Shown here piece after piece: positions 21,494 to 30,837 of a stretch of DNA of 64,000 bases (within the stretch, counting starts at the first letter, position 1; each line of letters starts with the position of its first letter). The translations under genes and the position numbers were made by a program. The stretch comes from Escherichia coli (lineage in GTDB: Bacteria > Pseudomonadota > Gammaproteobacteria > Enterobacterales > Enterobacteriaceae). The stretch lies in assembly GCF_024223415.1 (NCBI RefSeq), contig NZ_CP100500.1. One strand, written 5' to 3'. Under the pieces are notes generated by a model, which searched no databases, was not told the DNA's origin, and worked only from the letters and a program-made list of their open reading frames with translations.

Positions 21494-21716
21494 TTGATAT
21501 CAACAATACCATTTACATAAATCTACATTAATTGATAGATGCGATAAATAGTTAATACTCTTAAATATTTGTTGTATTTATATTGCAATGGTTAATTTGT
21601 TTTAAATCAATAAAACAATGTGTTTACATTGCGGCAACTTTTTTGATGTGAGAAATTTGTTTCCAAGAGATACAGACTCTTAACAACCAAAAATAAATTT
21701 TATTAAGGAACATATT

Positions 21717-22259
21717 ATGAAACGTTCAATTATTGCTGCCGCTGTCTTTTCTTCTTTTTTTATGAGCACTGGAGTATTTTCTGCAGACGTTGATACCGGA
21801 ACATTAACTATTAAGGGGAATATTGCAGAATCTCCGTGTAAATTCGAAGCGGGTGGTGATTCAGTAAGTATTAATATGCCGACTGTACCAACCACTGTCT
21901 TTGAAGGTAAAGCTAAATATTCTACCTATGATGATGCAGTCGGTGTAACCAGCAGCATGTTAAAAATTAGCTGCCCGAAAGAAGTTGCTGGTGTAAAACT
22001 CTCGTTGATTACCAACGATAAAATAACCGGTAACGATAAGGCGATAGCCAGTAGCAACGATACCGTGGGGTACTATCTCTATTTAGGTGATAACAGCGAT
22101 GTCCTGGATGTTTCTGCACCTTTTAACATTGAGAGTTATAAAACAGCGGAAGGTCAATATGCTATTCCGTTTAAAGCAAAATACCTGAAACTGACAGATA
22201 ACTCAGTGCAATCAGGTGATGTGTTATCTTCTCTGGTTATGCGTGTGGCGCAGGATTAA
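21717..22259 (+). CDS. yehD: Fimbrial major subunit YehD
   Basis: Signal peptide and a type-1 fimbrial subunit pattern. It is the first gene of the chaperone-usher cluster. Confidence 0.85.
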   Translation: MKRSIIAAAVFSSFFMSTGVFSADVDTGTLTIKGNIAESPCKFEAGGDSVSINMPTVPTTVFEGKAKYSTYDDAVGVTSSMLKISCPKEVAGVKLSLITNDKITGNDKAIASSNDTVGYYLYLGDNSDVLDVSAPFNIESYKTAEGQYAIPFKAKYLKLTDNSVQSGDVLSSLVMRVAQD

Positions 22260-22293
22260 TAAATAAAATTGTAAGTTTCTCCAGGTAATAAAC

Positions 22294-23013
22294 ATGGCCG
22301 CTATCCCATGGCGGCCTTTTAATTTAAGAGGCATTAAAATGAAAGGATTATTATCTTTACTCATTTTTTCTATGGTCCTTCCTGCACATGCCGGAATTGT
22401 TATCTACGGGACGCGCATTATTTACCCGGCAGAAAATAAAGAAGTGATGGTGCAGTTGATGAACCAGGGAAACCGTTCTTCGCTGCTGCAGGCGTGGATT
22501 GATGATGGCGATACGTCATTACCACCAGAAAAAATTCAGGTTCCTTTCATGTTAACGCCACCAGTGGCAAAAATAGGGGCAAATTCCGGGCAGCAAGTAA
22601 AAATCAAAATTATGCCGAATAAACTGCCCACTAATAAAGAAAGCATTTTTTATCTGAATGTTCTGGATATTCCACCAAATAGTCCAGAGCAAGAAGGTAA
22701 GAATGCACTGAAGTTTGCGATGCAAAACAGAATTAAGTTGTTTTACCGGCCAGCGGGTATTGCTCCGGTAAATAAAGCGACATTTAAAAAATTGCTGGTA
22801 AATCGCAGTGGCAATGGTTTGGTGATAAAAAATGACTCAGCTAATTGGGTGACGATTTCGGATGTCAAAGCTAATAATGTTAAAGTCAATTATGAAACTA
22901 TTATGATTGCCCCCTTAGAAAGTCAGAGTGTTAATGTCAAAAGTAATAATGCAAATAACTGGTATCTGACCATTATCGATGACCACGGCAACTATATTAG
23001 TGACAAAATTTAA
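22294..23013 (+). CDS. yehC: Periplasmic fimbrial chaperone YehC
   Basis: PapD-like chaperone motifs (GTRIIYP, NRIKLFYRP). An alternative start at 22339 (MKGLLSLL) is possible. Confidence 0.85.
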   Translation: MAAIPWRPFNLRGIKMKGLLSLLIFSMVLPAHAGIVIYGTRIIYPAENKEVMVQLMNQGNRSSLLQAWIDDGDTSLPPEKIQVPFMLTPPVAKIGANSGQQVKIKIMPNKLPTNKESIFYLNVLDIPPNSPEQEGKNALKFAMQNRIKLFYRPAGIAPVNKATFKKLLVNRSGNGLVIKNDSANWVTISDVKANNVKVNYETIMIAPLESQSVNVKSNNANNWYLTIIDDHGNYISDKI

Positions 23014-23028
23014 TTGCAGGAGCTGCCT

Positions 23029-25509
23029 ATGTTGAGAATGACCCCACTTGCATCAGCAATCGTAGCGTTATTGCTCGGCATTGAAGCTTATGCAGCTGAA
23101 GAAACCTTTGATACCCATTTTATGATAGGTGGAATGAAAGACCAGCAGGTTGCAAATATTCGTCTTGATGATAATCAACCCTTGCCGGGGCAGTATGACA
23201 TCGATATTTATGTCAATAAGCAATGGCGCGGGAAATATGAGATCATTGTTAAAGACAACCCGCAAGAAACATGTTTATCAAGAGAAGTTATCAAGCGGTT
23301 AGGCATTAATAGCGATAACTTCGCCAGCGGTAAGCAATGTTTAACATTTGAGCAACTTGTTCAGGGGGGGAGCTATAGCTGGGATATCGGGGTTTTTCGT
23401 CTCGATTTCAGTGTCCCGCAGGCTTGGGTGGAAGAACTGGAAAGTGGCTATGTTCCACCGGAAAACTGGGAGCGGGGTATTAATGCGTTTTATACCTCTT
23501 ATTATGTGAGTCAGTATTACAGCGACTATAAAGCGTCGGGTAATAACAAGAGTACATATGTACGTTTTAACAGCGGGTTAAATTTACTGGGGTGGCAACT
23601 GCATTCTGATGCCAGTTTCAGTAAAACAAATAACAATCCAGGGGTGTGGAAAAGCAATACCCTGTATCTGGAACGTGGATTTGCCCAACTTCTCGGCACG
23701 CTTCGCGTGGGTGATATGTACACATCAAGCGATATTTTTGATTCTGTTCGCTTCAGCGGTGTGCGGTTGTTTCGTGATATGCAGATGTTGCCTAACTCGA
23801 AACAAAATTTTACGCCACGGGTGCAGGGGATTGCTCAGAGTAACGCGCTGGTAACTATTGAACAGAATGGTTTTGTGGTTTATCAGAAAGAGGTTCCTCC
23901 TGGCCCGTTTGCGATTACAGATTTGCAGTTGGCCGGTGGTGGAGCGGATCTTGATGTCAGCGTGAAAGAGGCGGACGGTTCGGTAACCACCTATCTGGTG
24001 CCTTATGCAGCGGTGCCAAATATGCTGCAACCCGGCGTGTCGAAATATGATTTTGCGGCGGGTCGTAGCCATATTGAAGGGGCGAGCAAACAAAGTGATT
24101 TTGTCCAGGCGGGTTATCAGTATGGTTTTAATAACTTATTGACGCTGTATGGTGGCTCGATGGTTGCTAATAATTACTATGCCTTTACTTTGGGGACTGG
24201 CTGGAATACACGCATTGGTGCCATTTCCGTCGATGCCACGAAGTCGCATAGTAAACAAGACAACGGCGATGTGTTTGACGGGCAAAGTTATCAAATTGCC
24301 TACAACAAATTTGTGAGCCAAACGTCGACGCGTTTTGGTCTGGCGGCCTGGCGTTATTCGTCGCGTGATTACCGGACATTTAACGATCACGTTTGGGCAA
24401 ACAATAAAGATAATTATCGCCGTGATGAAAACGATGTCTATGACATTGCCGATTATTACCAGAATGATTTTGGTCGCAAAAATAGCTTTTCCGCCAATAT
24501 GAGCCAGTCATTGCCAGAAGGTTGGGGGTCTGTGTCATTAAGTACGTTATGGCGAGATTACTGGGGGCGTAGCGGCAGTAGTAAGGATTATCAGTTGAGT
24601 TATTCCAACAACCTGCGACGGATAAGCTATACCCTCGCGGCAAGCCAGGCTTATGACGAGAATCATCATGAAGAGAAACGTTTTAATATTTTTATATCGA
24701 TTCCCTTTGATTGGGGTGATGACGTTTCGACGCCTCGTCGGCAAATATATATGTCTAACTCAACGACGTTTGATGATCAGGGGTTTGCCTCAAATAATAC
24801 GGGATTATCAGGAACAGTAGGGAGTCGGGATCAGTTCAATTATGGTGTCAACCTGAGTCATCAACATCAGGGAAATGAAACGACAGCTGGGGCGAATTTG
24901 ACCTGGAACGCGCCGGTTGCGACAGTGAATGGCAGTTATAGTCAGTCGAGTACTTATCGACAGGCTGGAGCCAGTGTTTCAGGGGGCATTGTCGCCTGGT
25001 CGGGTGGCGTTAATCTGGCGAACCGTCTTTCCGAAACGTTTGCTGTGATGAATGCGCCAGGAATTAAAGATGCTTATGTCAATGGGCAAAAATATCGCAC
25101 AACAAACCGTAATGGAGTGGTGATATACGACGGAATGACACCTTATCGGGAAAATCACCTGATGCTGGATGTGTCGCAAAGCGATAGCGAAGCAGAATTA
25201 CGTGGCAACCGGAAAATTGCCGCCCCTTATCGCGGCGCGGTTGTACTGGTTAATTTTGATACCGATCAGCGCAAGCCCTGGTTTATTAAAGCGTTAAGAG
25301 CGGATGGTCAACCATTAATGTTTGGTTATGAAGTCAATGATATCCATGGTCATAATATTGGCGTTGTCGGCCAGGGAAGCCAGTTATTTATTCGCACCAA
25401 TGAAGTACCGCCATCGGTTAATGTGGCAATTGATAAGCAACAAGGACTTTCATGCACAATCACCTTCGGTAAAGAGATTGATGAAAGTAGAAATTATATT
25501 TGCCAGTAA
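23029..25509 (+). CDS. yehB: Outer-membrane fimbrial usher YehB
   Basis: The MLRMTPLASAIV start gives 826 aa. The sequence is usher-family throughout. Confidence 0.9.
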   Translation: MLRMTPLASAIVALLLGIEAYAAEETFDTHFMIGGMKDQQVANIRLDDNQPLPGQYDIDIYVNKQWRGKYEIIVKDNPQETCLSREVIKRLGINSDNFASGKQCLTFEQLVQGGSYSWDIGVFRLDFSVPQAWVEELESGYVPPENWERGINAFYTSYYVSQYYSDYKASGNNKSTYVRFNSGLNLLGWQLHSDASFSKTNNNPGVWKSNTLYLERGFAQLLGTLRVGDMYTSSDIFDSVRFSGVRLFRDMQMLPNSKQNFTPRVQGIAQSNALVTIEQNGFVVYQKEVPPGPFAITDLQLAGGGADLDVSVKEADGSVTTYLVPYAAVPNMLQPGVSKYDFAAGRSHIEGASKQSDFVQAGYQYGFNNLLTLYGGSMVANNYYAFTLGTGWNTRIGAISVDATKSHSKQDNGDVFDGQSYQIAYNKFVSQTSTRFGLAAWRYSSRDYRTFNDHVWANNKDNYRRDENDVYDIADYYQNDFGRKNSFSANMSQSLPEGWGSVSLSTLWRDYWGRSGSSKDYQLSYSNNLRRISYTLAASQAYDENHHEEKRFNIFISIPFDWGDDVSTPRRQIYMSNSTTFDDQGFASNNTGLSGTVGSRDQFNYGVNLSHQHQGNETTAGANLTWNAPVATVNGSYSQSSTYRQAGASVSGGIVAWSGGVNLANRLSETFAVMNAPGIKDAYVNGQKYRTTNRNGVVIYDGMTPYRENHLMLDVSQSDSEAELRGNRKIAAPYRGAVVLVNFDTDQRKPWFIKALRADGQPLMFGYEVNDIHGHNIGVVGQGSQLFIRTNEVPPSVNVAIDKQQGLSCTITFGKEIDESRNYICQ

Positions 25510-25524
25510 TAGTCAGGTGGTTCT

Positions 25525-26559
25525 ATGGAAATTCGCATAATGCTATTTATATTAATGATGATGGTTATGCCTGTGAGCTATGCGGCATGTTATAGTGAGT
25601 TATCTGTTCAGCACAATTTGGTTGTTCAGGGGGATTTTGCACTTACTCAAACACAAATGGCGACATATGAGCATAATTTTAATGATTCGTCATGCGTGAG
25701 TACAAATACTATCACCCCTATGAGCCCGTCGGATATTATTGTTGGACTTTATAACGATACCATTAAATTAAATTTACATTTTGAATGGACCAATAAAAAC
25801 AACATCACGTTGTCAAATAATCAGACCAGTTTCACCAGTGGTTATTCAGTTACGGTGACACCTGCGGCCAGTAATGCAAAAGTGAATGTTTCTGCGGGGG
25901 GCGGCGGTTCAGTGATGATTAATGGTGTTGCGACATTATCCAGTGCTTCATCATCGACACGCGGGAGTGCCGCAGTACAATTTCTACTGTGTTTATTAGG
26001 TGGCAAGTCATGGGATGCATGTGTAAATAGCTACAGAAATGCATTGGCACAAAATGCAGGTGTCTATTCCTTTAATCTGACATTGTCATACAACCCGATA
26101 ACCACAACCTGCAAACCGGACGATTTATTAATTACTTTAGACAGTATTCCCGTTTCACAATTACCAGCCACAGGTAACAAAGCAACAATAAATAGTAAAA
26201 AAGAGGATATTATTCTGCGTTGTAAAAATTTATTAGGTCAACAAAATCAAACATCACGGAAAATGCAGGTGTATTTATCAAGTTCTGACTTGTTAACCAA
26301 CAGCAACACAATACTGAAAGGTGCGGAAGATAATGGCGTAGGATTTATTCTTGAAAGTAATGGTTCGCCAGTCACACTTTTAAATATCACTAACAGCAGT
26401 AAAGGATACACAAATTTAAAAGAAATTGCGGCAAAGTCAAAACTTACAGATACAACGGTTTCAATTCCGATAACAGCCAGTTACTACGTCTACGATACAA
26501 ATAAAATTAAATCTGGCGCACTGGAGGCAACCGCATTAATCAACGTGAAATACGACTAA
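25525..26559 (+). CDS. yehA: Fimbrial adhesin-like subunit YehA
   Basis: 344-aa secreted protein and last gene of the yehDCBA cluster. Confidence 0.8.
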   Translation: MEIRIMLFILMMMVMPVSYAACYSELSVQHNLVVQGDFALTQTQMATYEHNFNDSSCVSTNTITPMSPSDIIVGLYNDTIKLNLHFEWTNKNNITLSNNQTSFTSGYSVTVTPAASNAKVNVSAGGGGSVMINGVATLSSASSSTRGSAAVQFLLCLLGGKSWDACVNSYRNALAQNAGVYSFNLTLSYNPITTTCKPDDLLITLDSIPVSQLPATGNKATINSKKEDIILRCKNLLGQQNQTSRKMQVYLSSSDLLTNSNTILKGAEDNGVGFILESNGSPVTLLNITNSSKGYTNLKEIAAKSKLTDTTVSIPITASYYVYDTNKIKSGALEATALINVKYD

Positions 26560-26615
26560 TAACAAGCAAGACGAGCAAGTGGCTAATAATAAAAAATAAC
26601 AAGGTGTCTGCATTT

Positions 26616-26642
26616 CCCCCTCATGATGAGGGGGCTTTTTTT
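26616..26642 (+). terminator. Terminator after yehA
   Basis: ccccctca-tga-tgaggggg stem followed by CTTTTTTT. Confidence 0.75.
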
Positions 26643-26979
26643 AGCGATGATAAAAAATCTCACCGTCGTAGGCTTTAATGATTTTACCGTCGGTGTCGCT
26701 GATCAACACGTACGCGCCACCCATATAGGTCCAGTGCGTCCCGGCATCAGGCGCGGGCAGGTTACGTAACTGCCACTGCTTAATGTTGTACTCATCGGTG
26801 CGGTACATCTCTGGGACGGTATCACCTGGTTTGAAATGCTTAAAGTCAGCAATGAAACTACTTAACTCATACTTAGAAATTCCCGAGGTATTGGTCGAAC
26901 CCGCGGTGGCTGGTGCGGCCCAGGCGGCACTGGTAACCAGCAAAAGCACACCCAGCAACATCTTATTTTTAATGGTCAT
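26641..26979 (-). CDS. rcnB: Periplasmic Ni/Co homeostasis protein RcnB (YohN)
   Basis: The internal start MTIKNKMLLGVLLLVTSAAWA gives the 112-aa K-12-like protein. The 172-aa ORF-track form is an over-extension. Confidence 0.85.
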   Translation of the reverse strand: MTIKNKMLLGVLLLVTSAAWAAPATAGSTNTSGISKYELSSFIADFKHFKPGDTVPEMYRTDEYNIKQWQLRNLPAPDAGTHWTYMGGAYVLISDTDGKIIKAYDGEIFYHR

Positions 26980-27197
26980 AAACTCTCCACTTTGGGGATC
27001 TGTAATATCAGTCGCATATCTTTCCTGCCATACAATATAACTGACAAGCGATATTTTGTTAGTGATCCCATGATTTCGTAAAAAGTGTAAATGAAAGGAT
27101 GCCCTAAAAGCATCCTTAGCGAGCAGAGAGTCAGCGGAAATAGCTGATTTAAGAATCATCCTGGGCTGAAGATAACATGCAAGCCTAAAGGATTGAG

Positions 27198-28022
27198 TTA
27201 TCGCATTATGCCCATGAAGCCATGTACGCCCATATACACACCGACTAAGCCAATCAACAGACTGGAAAAATAGGGGGCGCGTTTAGCGAGAGTGTTAAAT
27301 CCGCTCCAGCGTTTTGCGACCTGCTGAACGCTGATTGCTGCGCCAACGCCTACGGTGACAAGCGTTAACGCCAGGCCAATGCTGAAACTGACGACCAGTG
27401 TTGCGCCCAGTGTCAGGGCTTTCAACTGAATGCAAATCAACAGCACGGTAATTGCTGCCGGACAGGGGATAAGACCACCTGTTAAGCCAAATAACAAAAT
27501 TTGCCAGTTGGTGACCTCTCTACCATCAAAGCGTCGTTTAATATCATTGGCATGGGCTCGTGCATGGGCATCCTGATACTCGCCATGTTCGTGATGGTGA
27601 TGATGTCCATGGTCGTGGTGATCTTCGTGATCGTGGTGATGATGTTCATGATCATACTCGTGCATATTCTCCAGCCAGTTGCGTTCGCCGCGCCAGGTAC
27701 GCCAGAACATCCAGAACGCGGTGCCAATAATGATCACTGCGGAAATCAGCTGGAGCCACGGTTCTGCTGATTGAGCAGTAAAGCGCTTGCTGATCACCAT
27801 CCCGCCAAAGGCAATTAACCAGACCACTGCGGTATGCGAAATAGTTGCTGCCAGTCCGAGCATCACCGCCTGTTTAATGGTGCCTTTGATGGCGATGATA
27901 AACGCCGCCATCATCGTTTTTGAGTGCCCTGGTTCCAGGCCATGAAGCGCACCAAGTAAGATGGCGCTGGGGATGAAGAACCAGGCGTTTCCTTGCTGAA
28001 GAAGAGTTGTAAATTCGGTCAT
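27198..28022 (-). CDS. rcnA: Nickel/cobalt efflux pump RcnA
   Basis: 274-aa membrane protein with a His-rich loop (HEYDHEHHHHDHEDHHDHGHHHHHEHG). Confidence 0.92.
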   Translation of the reverse strand: MTEFTTLLQQGNAWFFIPSAILLGALHGLEPGHSKTMMAAFIIAIKGTIKQAVMLGLAATISHTAVVWLIAFGGMVISKRFTAQSAEPWLQLISAVIIIGTAFWMFWRTWRGERNWLENMHEYDHEHHHHDHEDHHDHGHHHHHEHGEYQDAHARAHANDIKRRFDGREVTNWQILLFGLTGGLIPCPAAITVLLICIQLKALTLGATLVVSFSIGLALTLVTVGVGAAISVQQVAKRWSGFNTLAKRAPYFSSLLIGLVGVYMGVHGFMGIMR

Positions 28023-28059
28023 GATAATAATTCTTAGTATTAATTCGGCAATCTGATTC

Positions 28060-28095
28060 TACTCCCCCCCCAGTACCTGATACTACCCCCCAGTA
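28060..28095. promoter_or_regulatory. RcnR operator pair in the rcnA-rcnR divergent region
   Basis: tactccccccccagta (28060-28075) and tactaccccccagta (28081-28095) match the known TACT-G6-N-AGTA RcnR motif on the opposite strand. Confidence 0.7.
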
Positions 28096-28143
28096 GATTA
28101 ATAGTGCTATGATTTTTCATATTCTTGTTAACCAGGTGTTGCC

Positions 28144-28416
28144 ATGTCTCATACAATCCGTGATAAACAGAAACTGAAAGCGCGTGCCAGTAAGATTCAG
28201 GGCCAGGTCGTGGCGCTCAAGAAAATGCTCGACGAGCCGCACGAATGCGCTGCAGTTTTACAACAGATTGCTGCTATCCGTGGCGCGGTAAACGGTCTGA
28301 TGCGGGAAGTGATTAAAGGTCATCTGACGGAACACATCGTTCACCAGGGGGATGAGCTAAAACGTGAAGAAGATCTGGATGTCGTTCTGAAGGTGCTGGA
28401 TTCATATATCAAATAA
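28144..28416 (+). CDS. rcnR: Ni/Co-responsive repressor RcnR (CsoR/RcnR family)
   Basis: 90-aa protein [21 protein letters not shown], in the K-12 position. Confidence 0.92.
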
Positions 28417-28510
28417 TTTATTAACGCGATTGTAAAACTGCCGTTTTTCCTCGTTTACAACGCGTGCGCTGGACATTACCATCCTCCTCTGCGATTTATC
28501 ATCGCAACCA

Positions 28511-28557
28511 AACGACTCGGGGTGCCCTTCTGCGTGAAGGCTGAGAAATACCCGTAT
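28511..28557 (+). promoter_or_regulatory. 5' half of the thiM TPP (THI-box) riboswitch aptamer, cut off by the island
   Basis: aacgactcggggtgcccttctgcgtgaaggctgagaaatacccgtat equals the 5' part of the crystallised E. coli thiM aptamer. Similarity ends abruptly at 28557. Confidence 0.88.
28544..28557 (+). repeat. attL core (direct repeat copy 1)
   Basis: agaaatacccgtat is identical to 39954-39967. Confidence 0.8.
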
Positions 28558-28642
28558 TTTCTCATTTAGTGTTTTTTGTGGTTCGGGGTTGTTCGTGGTT
28601 GTTTGTGTATGTGTTTGATATATATTGAATTATTGTGTTTTC

Positions 28643-28718
28643 TTGTTTGTTGTTGTTCGTCGTTGTTCGTAGAGCTTCAACAAAATGTGTGGTCAGTTGT
28701 GTGGTCAGTTTTTTGAGG
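28643..28718 (+). repeat. Left-arm copy of a ~75-bp repeat shared by both island arms (candidate Int arm-type sites)
   Basis: 28653-28712 is 60/60 identical to 39831-39890. It contains tandem GTGTGGTCAGTT x2 and TTGTTCGT x2, and a further GTTGTTCGT copy lies near 28594. Confidence 0.8.
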
Positions 28719-28745
28719 CTGGAGGACTGAAAAGAGGATCTGATA

Positions 28746-29969
28746 GTGGGAAAAGCACTAAACAAACTGAGCGATTCGACGTTAAAAAAATTGGCGTCTG
28801 TCCAAGCAGAAAAAGAGCGTTTTTACTCCGACGGGGGCGGGCTGGAGATTAAACACTCAAAGGGCGGCAAATTAACCTGGTATTTCCGGTACCGAACGGG
28901 AGGCCGTGAGGTTGCCGCAGAGCGGTTAAAGCTGGGGGCTTACCCTGAATTGTCGCTGAAAGCTGCAAGGGAAAAACGCGCACAGTGCCGGGCATGGCTG
29001 GCTGAGGGTAAAAACCCCCGTTATGAGTTGTGCGCCACAGTACAGGAAGCGCTAAAACCCGTTACGGTGAAGGAGGCGATTAACTACTGGCTGGATGAAT
29101 ATGCGAAGGATAACCGCAAAGACTACATAAAGCTGGTGCAACGTATGGATAAGCACATCATTTGCCATATAGGGGCAATTCCCCTTGATAAGTGTGATAC
29201 AAGGCAGTGGATCGCATGTTTTGACCGTGTACGAAAAAAAGCACCAGTAGCAGCAGGGCACGTCATGCAAACCTGCAAACAGGCGCTAAAGTTCTGCCGC
29301 AGGAGACGCTACGCGTTCAGTAATGCCCTGGACGATTTGATCGTCAGCGATGTGGGTAAGAGAGCAGAAATTCGCGAGAGGGTGCACAGCAACAGCGAAT
29401 TAAAGGAAATTTTACGCGCTATTGATGGTGATGTGTTCGCGCCTTACTACAGCGCGTTAATGCGCTTGCTGATTGTGTTCGGGTGCAGAACGGCAGAGGT
29501 CAGACTTTCAGAGATCAAAGAATGGGATCTGAAAGAAATGTTGTGGACAGTGCCAAAAGAGCATAGCAAAACGAAGGTAACGATATTCAGGCCAATCCCC
29601 GATGGCATTTTGCCGTTCATTCAGAAGCTGGTGGAGCAGAACCGGCATACAGGGTTATTACTCGGAGAACTGAAAAAAGATACCACGGTAGCGCAATATG
29701 GGCGAAATGCGCATAAGCGGCTTAACCAGGAACACTGGACGCTGCATGACTTTCGCCACACGTTTACAACGATGCTGAACGATTTAGGTGTCGATCCGCA
29801 TATCGTGGAGCACATCACAGCGCATCAGATGCCCGGTCAGCAAAAAACCTATAACCATTCACGCTATTTACAGGCGAAGCGAGACGCTCTGAATCTGTGG
29901 GTTGAGCGCCTCGATGTGCTGGCTGGAAATCATGAAAATATTGTCATATTAAGGGCTGAAAATGAATAA
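28746..29969 (+). CDS. int: Tyrosine recombinase, P4-type integrase
   Basis: GTG start with a GAGGA RBS 7 nt upstream. The N-terminus resembles an arm-binding domain (GGGLEIKHSKGGKLTWYFRYR). The C-terminus has HDFRHTF...HQ...Y catalytic motifs. Confidence 0.9.
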   Translation: MGKALNKLSDSTLKKLASVQAEKERFYSDGGGLEIKHSKGGKLTWYFRYRTGGREVAAERLKLGAYPELSLKAAREKRAQCRAWLAEGKNPRYELCATVQEALKPVTVKEAINYWLDEYAKDNRKDYIKLVQRMDKHIICHIGAIPLDKCDTRQWIACFDRVRKKAPVAAGHVMQTCKQALKFCRRRRYAFSNALDDLIVSDVGKRAEIRERVHSNSELKEILRAIDGDVFAPYYSALMRLLIVFGCRTAEVRLSEIKEWDLKEMLWTVPKEHSKTKVTIFRPIPDGILPFIQKLVEQNRHTGLLLGELKKDTTVAQYGRNAHKRLNQEHWTLHDFRHTFTTMLNDLGVDPHIVEHITAHQMPGQQKTYNHSRYLQAKRDALNLWVERLDVLAGNHENIVILRAENE

Positions 29970-30747
29970 TCTGGGCCGTGTATATCATACGCTGCCAATG
30001 GCAGCTAAAAAAATGGGATGTACTGTAGAGGATATTCTACATTTTGGTGCAACTAACCGACTTGAAATATGTGCGTATATTGATGATATTGAACAGAGAA
30101 AAGATTATTGCACTTTTAATGTGTTTTTTGATAATGAAGATAGCGAGAATAGTTTTTCTAAAACTATAAATAAATATAATTCCATATTTACTGACATGTA
30201 TGAAATATCATTGTTTAATTATAATGATGAGTTTTGTGTTGATGATGAGCGTATGGTTATTGAAGGTTTGTATGCTAATCATATGAAAGGCTTTTTTGCA
30301 ATACCATCTGAATTTCTTGTCGAAGTTGAATTGTCAAGTGCCTGTGAAATCATAAATCTATCGCCTCGTTATTTATATACACCGAAAGGTTATGGTGATT
30401 ATATTCGGTTGGATAGTATAGAAGGTCTTTCTATTCCAGAAAACAGGCTCGTGATATTCGATAGTGAGATATCGGGTTTTAATTATCAAAAGAAACCTAA
30501 ATATGCCGGAGGTGAAAGAGAATCACCTAAAACCAGAGCTAAAAAAGCCGAGATAATACCTGCTCTCATAAAACTGATCCCTGAGATGCAAGATGTGGAT
30601 TTGGAGGATACACCCGTATCCAAAATTGCAGAAATGATAGAGGTTATTGCTGCACAAAGAGGGGTTGAGTTACCTAGCACTCACAGGCAGACATGGCAGA
30701 AATATTTAGGGCGTGATGCTGGTGACGTTCCAAAACGTCAAAAGTGA
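29962..30747 (+). CDS. Hypothetical 261-aa protein, strongly AT-rich cargo-like gene, with possible N- and C-terminal HTH-like segments
   Basis: The ATG overlaps the int stop (ATGAATAA). I recognise no family. Composition is visibly more AT-rich than its neighbours. Confidence 0.6.
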   Translation: MNNLGRVYHTLPMAAKKMGCTVEDILHFGATNRLEICAYIDDIEQRKDYCTFNVFFDNEDSENSFSKTINKYNSIFTDMYEISLFNYNDEFCVDDERMVIEGLYANHMKGFFAIPSEFLVEVELSSACEIINLSPRYLYTPKGYGDYIRLDSIEGLSIPENRLVIFDSEISGFNYQKKPKYAGGERESPKTRAKKAEIIPALIKLIPEMQDVDLEDTPVSKIAEMIEVIAAQRGVELPSTHRQTWQKYLGRDAGDVPKRQK

Positions 30748-30774
30748 TATCACGTACAGATAGTGTGATATCAC
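30744..30774. promoter_or_regulatory. Pair of perfect 10-bp palindromes GTGATATCAC upstream of alpA (candidate operators)
   Basis: Copies at 30744-30753 and 30765-30774, offset by 21 bp (two helical turns). Confidence 0.6.
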
Positions 30775-30803
30775 ACAAACGGCATTTTACCACCGCCTAG
30801 AAT

Positions 30804-30837
30804 CGTCCTCGTTCGGCAACGTTCGAGGACGTTTTTT
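30804..30837 (+). terminator. Hairpin plus T-run directly abutting the alpA start; its 3' arm contains the alpA Shine-Dalgarno
   Basis: cgtcctcg (30804-30811) pairs with cgaggacg (30824-30831) and is followed by TTTTTT, then the ATG at 30838. Confidence 0.6.

Noticed and set aside
27482-27770. CAT/CAC-rich repetitive stretch with small ORFs on both strands
   Set aside because: This is the His-rich cytoplasmic loop coding region of rcnA, not an independent repeat element or gene.
28562-28765. 67-aa minus-strand ORF between attL and int
   Set aside because: It lies in the T/G-rich repeat region (GTTGTTCGT and GTGTGGTCAGTT motifs). The translation is low-complexity (TTNNNK, TTQLTT) with no RBS, so this is more likely att-arm or promoter DNA.
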